Source: Cycas panzhihuaensis
Lineage: Eukaryota > Plantae > Cycadophyta
DNA length: 64,000 nucleotides
Assembly (NCBI GenBank): GCA_023213395.1
Contig: CM041465.1
Span: 247,015,741 to 247,079,740, forward strand
Reading direction: 5' to 3'
The first letter of the stretch is position 1. Each line of letters begins with the position of its first letter. The notes below the pieces were generated by a model. That model made no database searches, had not been told where the DNA came from, and was given only the letters and a program-made list of their open reading frames with translations. Shown piece by piece: positions 52,478 to 64,000 of this stretch. The translations under genes and the position numbers were made by a program.

Positions 52478-52548
52478 TTTTTCCTCTGTAATAGTCAATT
52501 ACATAATAGATTGTCATATTAAATAATAAATCTTAAGTCTTCAAATGA

Positions 52549-52990
52549 AAGTTAAATCAAATATTGTTGCAATAGTATAAAGAGCTATTGATGTCCATAT
52601 AAAGTGAAGTCCATCTACTGGAATGCATGGGTAACTAAAGAATGTAACTGCCAATTAAGTAGGAACTACCTTTACATACATGGTTCAATTGGCACTAGCA
52701 AAAGTAATTATAAAATAGTCTCACTCCTTTCTTATATGGGAATGCAAATAGTTTTTAAATAAAAAAATGCCAACTCTTTAAATAAGTTAAATCATAACTT
52801 ACTACAATAGTATAATGAGCAACTGATGTCTATATGAAGAGAACACCATCTACCAGAATGTATGAGTCACTAGTTGCTACAATCACCAGTTAAATAGGAT
52901 GTTCCTTTGTATACATGGTTCTATCAGTGCTAGCAAGAGTAGTTATAAAATGGTCTCACCCCTTACGTATATGGGAATGTAAATAGTTTT
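52549..52990. repeat. ~235-bp-period tandem duplication inside F
   Basis: aagttaaatca...tatgggaatgYaaatagtttt occurs twice (~52549-52756, ~52784-52990). Confidence 0.8.
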
Positions 52991-55226
52991 AAAAGGGATC
53001 TATGGCCTCAACTCACCTTGTGGGCTAAAAACACATGCCTCTTTGGGCTTTATATCATACCACTATAGGCTTACATCATACATCTATATGCAAAATAACC
53101 AGTAATAATGTTAATACATGACTTAGAAGATTAATGTGGCTCAAATATTATATGAATGACTCCCTCTCATAAAATGAAACTCAATGGGTCCTCTAGAGCC
53201 AAAGAATTAAACCTTAATACATGTTATCCCCCCCCCCAAATTTAGAGTACAACATATCATGGAGCCTTAAAAATACATATATGTGCTTAAAGAAGCTAAA
53301 AAAATAAAGAAAAATATAAAGTTTTGACTTTGAGATAAAATTTCTATATAAAAATAACTCCAAATAGTATCAAATGACCTATCAAAAGAAAAATCTCTCT
53401 GTTACAAATCTAATGCAATAGATGGGACTAAAAAATGAGCCTCCTAGCTTAAGTTATCATAACAAGTGTGATAGAGACTCTATAAAATCTAAAAATTGGG
53501 GTTTAGCCTCTTTAACTGCTAGTAGCTAGTCATATAGAAGCCTCATATGACCAAGGGCTAATAGATTAGGGGGTTGGGCAAACCTAAAATCATTATCCAA
53601 TTTAATTATGTTTATTTTTTTCAAACGAAAAAAATATAAACCCCTTTTCTAATAAAAATTAACATGTGATCACAATTTAAAAATATATACAAGGGTTGAT
53701 TAATAAAATAATATTAACCTTAAACTTAAATGATTTAGGGTTCTACTATAACGATGTAGTGATACCATTGATCTTCTATTATATATTGCCATTAATTTGC
53801 AGAGTTGTTGTCATTAATGAAGTTACAAGTTTACAAAGGGGTCACCATGGATTGCACGTTTGATTGATGTGGATTACAAGTGATGAAGCGGCGATAACTA
53901 GGTTATAGATTCAATTCCTAATAGTATTTACCACTACCAAAGATAAAGTAGTAATGATTAAACCACTAACCATATCACCATCCTCCATTATGACCACCAC
54001 AGTAGTTGGATCATGGCCTCATTACACATAGTCTAGGCAGGTTCGATCGGTGATGCCATGGATTAAGATCTTCATAATGATCTTCATTCCCAAGTAATAC
54101 AAATGGTCTCTATATGCAAATCTCTAAGGATGGAGGATAAAGATGTATGGAAGGTTGTGGACATATTTTTAAAATATAAGGATATTCTAATGGACCATAA
54201 GATGGTTATACGGAAGGGAATGTTACCTCTAGATAGTGGGGAGTGCCCTTAGAAGAATGGCACGATGACCTTCCTATCCCTTATATTGATTAGTTATATG
54301 CTTGGATTTGTCTTTCCTTGTTTTAATTCCTTTCACTAGAAATCTATATATCAAATTTGATAGAGCTTGTATTCTTGTTGCAATAGTGCTTATAATTCTT
54401 AAGCTTGTGAAAGATAAGATCTCAGGACAGAAGTATATTATATTTGCTATGATGTCTCTATCCAATGGAGGAATTACTACTACAACTACTTACTTGATCG
54501 ACTAGACATTGAGAAATGTGATTGGGCTATAAAACTGACTGGTCACTACTTCTTCACTACCTAATATCTCTCTGGTATGGCTGTGCAAATAGTGAATTAT
54601 CACCACCTAACATAGGGTCTAGCTTCTTCACCCAAAAAAAAATAGTAAAAGGTCATCATAGAAATTATAATCCATACTTTTTTTATGGCATTTCCACAAT
54701 CAAGATATGAAGAATTATAGCAAGAGAATATGCCTCATGGCATTCATCTTTGGATCTGCCTCCAGCCTATAAATCTATAAATCCTTTCAAAATAAAGTCA
54801 CTCTTGGCCTCTAGATAGCAAGAAGGGACTTTCTCAACTTTTGTTAACAATTCTTATTGTAATCTATCCACTGACATGCAAAGGAGATAATTATATAGAA
54901 ATTAGAATCTACAAAAAGGAATTTCTATGGACTTTACCTGAAGAACCTATATGTAATATTAATTTAGTGCCACATGCATACAAAATTATCAATTTAAGTA
55001 CCTTAAAGCAGGCTTCAAAACAGTTATAAATATCCTTAAAATATTGATAATAGCCCTATAAAAAATTGCATAAGATGGCTTCACATAACGTGAAATAATA
55101 CTTCAAGATCATGTCATAAAATAGGCATAACAAAATATTGATAAGGCTTGTAAAACATAAAAAGAATAATATATACAAGGCTTTATAATAATGCCTCCAA
55201 GGATTCAATCTTGGGCTCTAATACAA

Positions 55227-55534
55227 TATTATAAATTAAAAATGCAATACATACAAAACATAATGATGAGTTAAAGATATGATAATAAATCTCAAATAAG
55301 ATAAAGTATGTATAACAAGTAAACATCATATATGGAGAATTAACCAAAACTTAAATTAGAAAGAATGATAGGGTACATACTTATAGTACATACTCACCAT
55401 TAGTTAGAGAATCTCATTGGTCAATCTAATGGCACACATCTCTATGTGGCCCACAACCTCAAATATAAAATACGAATAATGTAGAGAGAGAGATTATATG
55501 GGGGTAATTATGTAATTGGGTATTACACCCAACA
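55227..55534 (-). repeat. Element F 5' LTR
   Basis: TATTATAAA...CCCAACA on +, abutting the PBS. Confidence 0.88.
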
Positions 55535-55883
55535 GTCTTAAATACTCTAGACCCTATCAAGTAAAATGAAAAATTGGTAATATTGCTTATGTCTTAGAGC
55601 TCTTATATTTTATATCTCATATTTGAAGAAGAAGATTAGGGAACTCACTCCTATGTAGATCGAGATTCTTCTCTTGGGTGAAGAGGGAAGTTAATCCTCA
55701 TTTCTGAAGCTATAGTATAGGTCTGCTATAAATAACTATATACCAAGATAATTCAAGAGTACCTCATTTAGTGGAAGTAATTGCTAGTAAAAGATACCAT
55801 ATGGGAACCAATAATAATCCTTTAATAATTTCCAAAGCTACAACCATAATGCTCGAGGACATGTCATCTTAAGGAGTATGACT

Positions 55884-56100
55884 TATTATGGACCTAATTT
55901 AATAAATTTAATTAATTAGGATTTTTAATTATTTAGTCATGGAAAAGTCATGTCCTTTGGGAAAAGGCCTTTTATCCAATAAAAATACTTATCTATATAA
56001 TGACTAATATTTTTTTTAATCAATACAACTTATTAGAGTTTCTCTGTGTTTTATAATATTCTACTGCAACTTCTTATTTGTATTATCAAATTCCCTAACA
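55884..56100 (+). repeat. Element E 3' LTR
   Basis: TA(TG)TTATGGACC...TTCCCTAACA. Confidence 0.85.
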
Positions 56101-56535
56101 GGTGTTCAGAAATTTGAAATGGAAAGAAAGTTAGCTTGTATATGTTTAAAGTAGGCATAGAGATTTAAGAACTAATCACCTATAAGGGGTTGTGAGAGGG
56201 TTGATGCCTAACCTAAAGTAAACTAGGTCGGTTGTGAAGACTATGTTTGTGCCATAAGCTATGTCTCATAACTAGAAGGAGTAAGAGTTAATGAATATAT
56301 TAGATGAATTGGTATATTATTACTATTTAGAAATAGATTTTTATAAATTCCTAAATCTTAATTAGGGTTGTGATTTTTATTTTATTGAGTTAAGGCTAAT
56401 GTATGCTAATTCCTAATTATGGGATCATTAAGAATTCAACAATTCAAGTACCAAAGCTATGCATGATAGATATTCTTATGATGATTGATTTTGATTCACT
56501 TATTCTAATATAAAGTAATATTTTGACACTATGAC

Positions 56536-56749
56536 TATAAAGATCTATAATGATGATAAGCAAACTCTTCAATTTTTATTGATCAATTACATGTATATAT
56601 AGACAGTTAGAATGAATAGGACAATTAGCAATCACTCAATAAGATTGTGTCACTTGTCACCCTGAGAGTGAATGGGGGTAATGATATAAGACCCTCACAA
56701 AATACTTTAGACATAAGTCATTTCCCTAGATAAAACATTACCTTCTACA
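56536..56749 (-). repeat. Element G 3' LTR
   Basis: Direct repeat of 61630-61851, ending ccttctaca. Confidence 0.9.
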
Positions 56750-56756
56750 TCCCCTC

Positions 56757-57903
56757 TTAATGTTTTATCTGTCTTAGCCCTAATTGATTTAAAAATTAAC
56801 AAATTTTTCCCTACCAAGGGATTCAGTGAGGACATCTATAGTTTGATTTTTGATGTGTAATTCTGGAGCTCAACTTCTCTGTTGTGCACTTTTCTTTGAT
56901 GAAATGCTGATGCACTTCTATGTGTTTGGTCCTTGCATGTAGTACCAGATTTTTAGTCATTTTGATTATACTGTAGTTGTCACAAAATATCTGTGTGGGC
57001 ATTATTTGTTCCTATCTAAGATCCTTAAGGAGTTGTCTAACCCATATTCCTTTGCATGTTGCATTAACTGCTAACTTGTACTCTACTTCTGTTGAGAATA
57101 GAGTGATTGTATGTTGCTTTTTGCTGCTCTAGGAGATCAATGACATTCCCAGAAAGAAACAATATCCTGAAGTTGATTTTCTATTTATCCTATCTCTAGC
57201 CCAGTTAGAATTGTAAAAACCTATCAATTGCATATTGTTGTCTTTTCTATACTCTAATCCAAGATTTATGGTACCTTTTAGATATCACAAAATTCTTTTT
57301 ATAGCATTCTAGTGAGGTACCTTAGGATTTTCCATAAATTTGGAAACAACACCCACTGCATACGAAATATCTAATTGTGTGGTTGTGAGATAAATTAAGC
57401 TTTCGATCAATTGTCTCCATAAAGTTGCATCAACAGGTTGTGCTTTTTGCTTTGTGCTTAATACACATCCAATTTCCATCAGTGTGATGACACTATTGCA
57501 GCTTTCTATTTTAAACTTGCTTATCAAGTTTTTGATATATCTTGATTGTGAAAGAACAATAGAGTGATCATTCTATTCTATTTCTATTATGAGATAATAA
57601 TACAGCATTCTCAAATCTGTCATTTTAAATACCTTTTTAAATTGTTTCTTAATGAATGTAATTGAGTCTTCATCATTTCCTATGATTAGCATGTCATCTA
57701 CATATACCACTATGATAGACATTACTTCTTGATTCAATTTTATATACATACTATGATCTGATTCACACCTATAAAAGCCATTTTGAGTTAGATGTGAGTC
57801 CAGCTTAGCATACAAAGCTCTCGATGCCTTTCTAAGTCCATATAATGCCTTTCTTAATTTATAGATTAAATTCTCTTAACCTAGTTTTATGTATCCTTCT
57901 GGT

Positions 57904-57948
<45 letters not shown>

Positions 57949-60900
57949 CTTATAAATCTCCATTCAGGAAGGTACTTTTAACATCCATTTGGTAAATCTT
58001 CCATCCCTTTTGGGTAGTAATTGTAATCATATTCCTTACTGTATTTAGCTTGGCTACTGGTGAAAACATTTCTTCATAATCAAATTCAATTGTTTGTGTG
58101 TAGCCTTTTGCTATCAGTCTTGCCTTATATTTCTTAATTTCACCATTTAGATTTTCCTTTACTTTATATACCCATTTATAATTTATAATTGGTTTATCTT
58201 CAAGAGCCATTACCAAATACCATGTTTTGTTCCTATAAATTGCTTCAATCTCTGTATCTTGCTACTCTCCAGGCTTAAGAACTACTTACTTCTTCGTAAG
58301 TACTTAGTTCGATGGAGCAAATCAAGGCCTATGATTTTTGAGACCTTGTTTGATGTTCAATTATTTCTCCTTTTGTTTCCTCAAGTATTTTAAAATACCA
58401 TTTTGCTACTCTTTTTAAGGTTTGTTCTTGTAGTGATCTGGTTTCTTCATCTTCTGAGTGAGTATTTGAATCACTGGCTTGTTGCATATCAGACAAATGA
58501 GTATTGGATTCACTTGCTCATTGAATGTCTAAAGACATCTCCCATGAAATACCATTTTCTGCTTCAATGCTTTCATAAGTGATATCTGACTTGTCTTCTG
58601 GTTGAACAATTTCTAGACTTTGATCAGTTACATTTATTTCTTAAGGAACTGCTTTAGCAAGTTCTTTTTTCTCATTAAAGACTACATCCCTACTTACATA
58701 AAGTTTATTTATCTTTGGGTTGAGGCAGTGGTATGCTTTTGATTGATTGTTATATCCAACCATTATGCATTCTATGCTTTTATTATCTAACTTGGTTCTT
58801 TTCTTGTCAGGAATATGTACATATGCCTTGCAACCAAAAATTCTAAGATGACTTTCATTTGGCTTATGTCCTATGCATACTTCTTTAGGTGTTACATTGT
58901 TTAATGATTAAGTTAGACTTTTATTAATTAAATATATAGTTGTATGCATAGCCTCTTCCCAATACTTTTTAGTAATCTCACTATTGCTCAGCATGCATCG
59001 TGCCATTTCTACAATTATTCTATTCATCCTTTCTATGACCCCATTTGATTAGAGTATACATGGAGTTGTAATTTGTCTGTGGATTCCATGTATTTTATAA
59101 AAGTAGAGAAATTCAATGGACATAAATTCCTCTCCTCTATCTAAACGAATATATTTGATTTTTTTACTACTCTCTAATTTTGCTTTAGCCTTAAACGGTT
59201 TGAAATAATTGAATGCTTCTGATTTACTAGATAAGAAATATAGTAATATTTTTCTAGAGGAATCATTAATGAAAGTTAGGAAATACCTTGCTCCATTTGT
59301 TGAGATTAGTGTGAATGGGCCACACAGATCAGTATGTACTAGATCTAGTTTTGTCTTGAGCATGCCATGTGCTTTTTGTTAATAGAATCATGTGTTGTTT
59401 CCCCATCATATAGCCTTTACATACAAAAGAATTGAATGAAATGTCTTTTAAGCCATTTACCATCTTTGATTTCTTTAGTTTCTCTAACCTATCATGGGAA
59501 ATATGACCATACTTCAAATGCCACATTTCATTAGTATTAACATTGGTTATAGCAAGTGAATTTTTATTAGGAGTGGGTTTTGTGGGGCATTTGTTAAGCA
59601 ATATAGGAGTGCAGAGAAGTTTATACAACCTATTATATTTTTCTCCTTTGCCTATCACAGTACAATTTTTTTTCATATCAAGAATATAACAGTAACTGTT
59701 TTCATCAAAAACTATCCTCAGGTTTTTTTCACTCAACTAAAATATAGATAAAAGATTCTTCTTTATCCCTGGTATAAAGAAAACATTACCTATATATTGA
59801 GTTTTTCCATTAATTTTTATGGCAATTTGATTAATTCCTTTTATATACAAAGGAAAATTATCTCCTAACTCTATAAATTTATTAAGATCATATGGTTTGA
59901 TGACTTCAAACCATTCTTTAATGCCTATCATGTGATGCGAAGCCCCTGAATCAACATACCAATTTTTTGTTGTGCTGGAATTTGCTACTAATGTTGAAAT
60001 AAAGGCTATTTCAACCTCTTCTTCTGTTATGTCTCATTCTCTATTATAGTTTCTAGTCACCTATTGCTTTCCCTTATGAAATTTAGTTCGTCTTTGGTGA
60101 CACTAGTATGGAAAATGACTCATTTATTCTCAATGGTAGCAAACATCAAAAGCTCTATAGTTGTTTGAAAAATGATATGGTTTGCCATAATTGAAGTATA
60201 CCCTAGCATCTTGAGGTGGATTGATAGTCATTCTTCCTCGTTCCCTTCCTTCAGTCTATCCTCTGTAAGCAATTGTTGTTCTTCCTTGTATTCTGGAATT
60301 ATATTGCCCTTATCCTCTATTTCCTAGATGAGGCTTAGTGATAAGTGCTTCTTTGACTTCTGAGTCTTCTTCATATCTCTGATTCCTTTGTTCCTAGCCA
60401 AGCATATGGCTTATGAGAGCATCAAAGGTCATTATGACTATTTGCCCTCCTCCTATCAACATATTTAACATGTTATCAAATGATTGTGGTAATTTGCTAA
60501 GCACAAGATGTATTAACTCAATGTCAGACAATTTGTCTTTTGTTGTGAGAAGGGCAGTTTTGATATTGGTTAATTTGGTTATGAAATCAGATATAGCTTG
60601 GCCCTCCTTCATTTTAAGTTTATAAAGTTCTTCTCTTAGGGCCACAATTATGGCTTCATTCTTTCTACTAAACATGGACGATATTATTTTCCACATTTCA
60701 CTTGCATCTTCTACACCATCCACATATACTAACAAAGAATCATAGATTGAGAGTTTAAGCACAGACACAGCAGTATTATTCCTTTCTTCCCAGTTCATTA
60801 AATCAACAACATCAGAGGGTTATTTCTCATCTTCGATAATAATTTTTAGGCATGTTATGCCCTTAGAAGACCATCTATTTTAATCTTCTAGATATTAAAG

Positions 60901-60953
60901 TTCATCTCAGTCAATTTATCATTTTCAGGCAATGATCTAGTAGAGGAGGCCAT
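56757..60953 (-). pseudogene. pol: Element G Copia gag-pol
   Basis: UBN2-type gag (60394..60798), WYVDSGASHHM, LVHTDLCGP, KYKARLIAKGY, QMDVKSTFLNG, VYVDDML, ARTKHIEV. Confidence 0.95.
57906..57943. repeat. (TA)n microsatellite expanded inside Copia RT
   Basis: Directly visible; disrupts RT just after FLNGDL. Confidence 0.95.
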
Positions 60954-61629
60954 GGCTATTTCAGATCTAGTTTTTATGAAGGCAAAAAGAGGTATTGTAT
61001 GGTGTACGGATTATTATACAACTTAATGCATGGGTTTTTATATAGATCTCAAAGTATAAGTATGAGGAAGAAAAGGATCTTAATTGGAAGAACTCACAAA
61101 TGGGTATCTTGATCTAGTATTAGTTTCTCAATACACTTTCGAAATTGTGAGAAACAGTCAGAAATAGGTCTAAACCCGTGCCTAAGGATTTTTTTTTTAA
61201 ATGAAGAGAAATCCTCAAAAACTAACATAAATTCTTGAAGAAACTAATTTAAATCCTTTGTTCAGTGATAAGAAGAGATTTACAGACTTTGTACCAGTGA
61301 TTTATACCTAGTTTTTGAAGAAAATTTGAGAAGAAAGGCCACAAACCTGCACTCCTATAAAACTGCTCAAAACGGCTTCAAGATGGCTTCAAATGACATT
61401 AGCCCAGAAGGAAAATGTATTGAAGAGGCTCTAATCTATAATCTGGGTAAGTTTCATTGAATTCTAAGCACTTTAATTTTTGGCATCCATACAATCGTAT
61501 GATTCTAGCTTATTCTCTAATTTGTATTCAATGTTTTGACAACATACTTATTCAATTTTTCTTCTCCTTTTGAAACCCTAGCTTGACTCTTTCATAAGTA
61601 AGAAGACCTAATAACCTACTCTGATACCA

Positions 61630-61851
61630 TGAAAACATCTATAATGATGATAAGCAAACTCTTTGATTTTTATTGATCAATTACGTATGTATATATATAT
61701 ATATATAGTTGGAATGAGCAGGACAATTGGCAAGTGGTTAATAAGATTGTGCCACCTATTACCCTAAGAGTAAATGAGGGTAATGATATGAGACCCTCAC
61801 AAAATACTTCAGACATAAGTCATTTCCTTAGATAAAACATTACCTTCTACA
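61630..61851 (-). repeat. Element G 5' LTR
   Basis: TGAAAACATCT...CTTCTACA abutting the PBS; internal (TA)n expansion. Confidence 0.92.
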
Positions 61852-64000
61852 TAAATGGCCTTAGAAATAAACATAAGGCCTAATTAAATCAATATATATT
61901 TATATTATAGAGCCATGCATTTAGCTTTGGCATAAATGCATGGATTTTGGTGCAATGATATAAAATAAATAGCACTACTAAGAATATTAAAAAATAATTA
62001 TTTGAAGGCAATATCTATAGGGAAAATAGTGTAACAATCCTTAAATTCTTAAATTCTTTTAATATATTCTCTAATAGTTTTATGAGAAGTTTATTTATAG
62101 AAGAAAAATATCTTTGAATCATCTTCTTCCACCTTAAGGAGTGTGAAATGATAGGAAAATGTTTCTAACAATTTGTAGGTCTTGTGAATTAAATTTGGAG
62201 GTAGATTGATAAACTAAAATGTACTAACATCATCTAAAATGATATGAGGGAATAATCACATCTAAATAGTGTCATAATAAATCTATAGTATATCAAAGAA
62301 AGCATCAACATGCTTCTGAAGATCTTCATCAAATTTGCTTTAGAATTTAGGTAGGCTAAGGAGTATTATAGGCATATATGTCATAGTAGCAAGAATAACT
62401 AAGGGTAAACACTCAACTCAATTAAGACATGAAAATCTAGAAGGATTATTAATTGGTTTAAAACATATATGTAAAGGACTGCCAAATGCATAACCTATTT
62501 CAGCTATAAGGTTTAGTTTAGAAAGTGATACAAATTAATAAACAATAGTGAATGAATAAACAAGTGAAAATATCATAAATATTACAAATGAATTAAGAGA
62601 TGAACTATGAGTGGGTAGAAATACAGATGAAGAAACTTGGGAGGTAGTTGCCTCTTTGAAGGTACAAGGTTAAAGGTGTGACAAGCCCCTAAGTTAACAT
62701 AAAAATAAGATGGGATTAATTGGAACCCCATAATGTTCACATAGTATTATCATAAGTAAAAATGAGGAAACAAATGAGAAATAAATGGACTATAATTTAA
62801 GCCCCCAATATAGCCACTAGAAAAATGTTAACACAAAATGTTCCCCTCCATTTTCCACGTAGAATGTTATATGCCTAAGTGAAAAATGAGTTCACAATCC
62901 AATCAATATTTTTATGTTTTAAAATAAAGTTATCATGGTGACACTAAATTTAGTGAGTATATAAGTATATACTGCCTAATTCAAACTAGTGAATTTCACC
63001 TAATAGTTTGTATAGATTAGGGTTAATCTAAAAAAAAAATAATTGACACTTAGTTAGAGTGGGACCCCACATACTATAGGAAAAATATTAACATGAGGAT
63101 ATCATGCCAATATTTTTCTATAACAATATGGAATGACTAACCTGAGATATCTATGCTACCTAGCCATTACATTAATTAAGTATTATTAGGTGGTCTCCCC
63201 TAATATTATTATCTGTATCCCTACTAGAATGACTTTATCAACCTTAACAATGAACTCCAAAGTAAATTATGGGCATGGAGCAACTTCAAACAACTTAAAT
63301 AGTGGCAAGACAAAGCCCCTTATGGTCTTTATAGAGGAGATTGATTAAATAACCACATGTTAGAATACAATCCTAAATAGTAAATATGGAACCAACCCAC
63401 TTACTCTTAAGTAGTATCAAAACTATTCAAACCACTTATAAGTCAAGGTTTTTAAGAATCCTTCTTAATAAGTATAATGCATTAATATGTCTACACCCCT
63501 CTTAGAGAATTACCCCTATCTATTTGAGGGTGGAACTCATTGAAAGCTTTGTTATGTATTACATAGAGGGTCTTAGTCTAGTAATGACTTAATTAGAATA
63601 ATAGCTAGGATTTAACACATAAACACCTAGGACATACTCTAAGAACTTGGGAACATAAACAAATTAAAGAAACATTATTATTTTGTAATATAGTTATATA
63701 GAATTTACCTATGTAAGATAACACTTTGTCCAAATATGTCATATAAGTGACATGGCATTCAAAATTAGGGGGTGAAGTTGAAACTTTAACTAAAACCTTC
63801 AAAATAAAATATACATGTGAGGTGGCCTAACTAAAATTTTTTATTTACTTAGCTTTATTTTTGCAGTTATACTTTTATTTTTATGCATATGTGATGTAAT
63901 TCAAATAAAATAATAATATAATACAATGTAACTTTTAGAAACCTCTAATTAATTCACTATATTAGAGTGGATAAGTGGTAACCATATAGTCAATATAAAT

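Larger units (their letters stand above)
52169..55534 (-). mobile_element. Element F: non-autonomous LTR element (3.37 kb, LARD/large-TRIM-like) nested in the integrase tail of E
   Basis: LTRs 52169-52477 and 55227-55534; perfect TSD gtctt (52164-52168, 55535-55539); decayed iMet PBS (55215-55226, -); PPT-like tttttcctct after the left LTR; no recognisable gag/pol. Confidence 0.88.
46609..56100 (+). mobile_element. Element E: Reina-like chromovirus related to D, strongly decayed, interrupted by F
   Basis: ~217-bp LTRs (46609-46826, 55884-56100); PBS TGGTATTAGAG (46829-46839); TSD gttgt/ggtgt. Confidence 0.88.
56536..61851 (-). mobile_element. Element G: Ty1/Copia LTR retrotransposon, decayed full length
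   Basis: LTRs 56536-56749 and 61630-61851; PBS TGGTATCAGAG (61619-61629, -); PPT AAGAGGGGA (56750-56758, -); order gag-PR-INT-RT-RH. Confidence 0.95.

Noticed and set aside
53755-53770. Second PBS-like tgatacca inside F
   Set aside because: Only 8 nt, with no adjacent LTR end.
61852-64000. Host gene or exon (ORF 63605..63802)
   Set aside because: AT-rich decayed DNA with no recognisable domain or gene structure.

Overview
Eukaryotic, plant-type, transposon-only DNA. No host gene, RNA gene or CRISPR array is recognisable. The AT-rich, strongly C>T-decayed sequence suggests a large, heavily methylated genome such as a gymnosperm or fern (inference). The window is a nest of retroelements. (A) A ~6.1-kb non-autonomous Ty3/Gypsy element (601-17254, +, TSD ccatc) contains (B), a related near-complete 10.56-kb non-chromovirus Ty3/Gypsy element inserted antisense (5748-16307, -, TSD gagca). 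(C) An old Tat/Athila-type pol relic (~31.4-35.6 kb, -) lies between two copies of a ~2.4-kb repeat that host A and a LINE. (D, E) are two Reina-like chromoviruses (21334-27916; 46609-56100). There is also a full-length decayed L1 LINE (38999-45120), (F) a 3.4-kb apparently non-coding LTR element inside E (52169-55534, -), and (G) a Ty1/Copia element (56536-61851, -). All coding regions are interrupted. The most unusual system is the A/B family. It has a tRNA-Glu-type PBS, a Gag with four CCHC knuckles, and two extra tandem Gag-capsid-like domains inside Pol between protease and RT. It also has an array of ~8 GTAC-armed hairpins before a 360-codon 3' extra ORF, and conserved stem-loops, one of them covarying. 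Its partner A lost RT/RH/integrase core but keeps a Gag-PR-integrase-C-terminus fusion that is in frame across the deletion junction. All boundaries, counts and identities were read by eye; family names come from motif recognition, not database searches.
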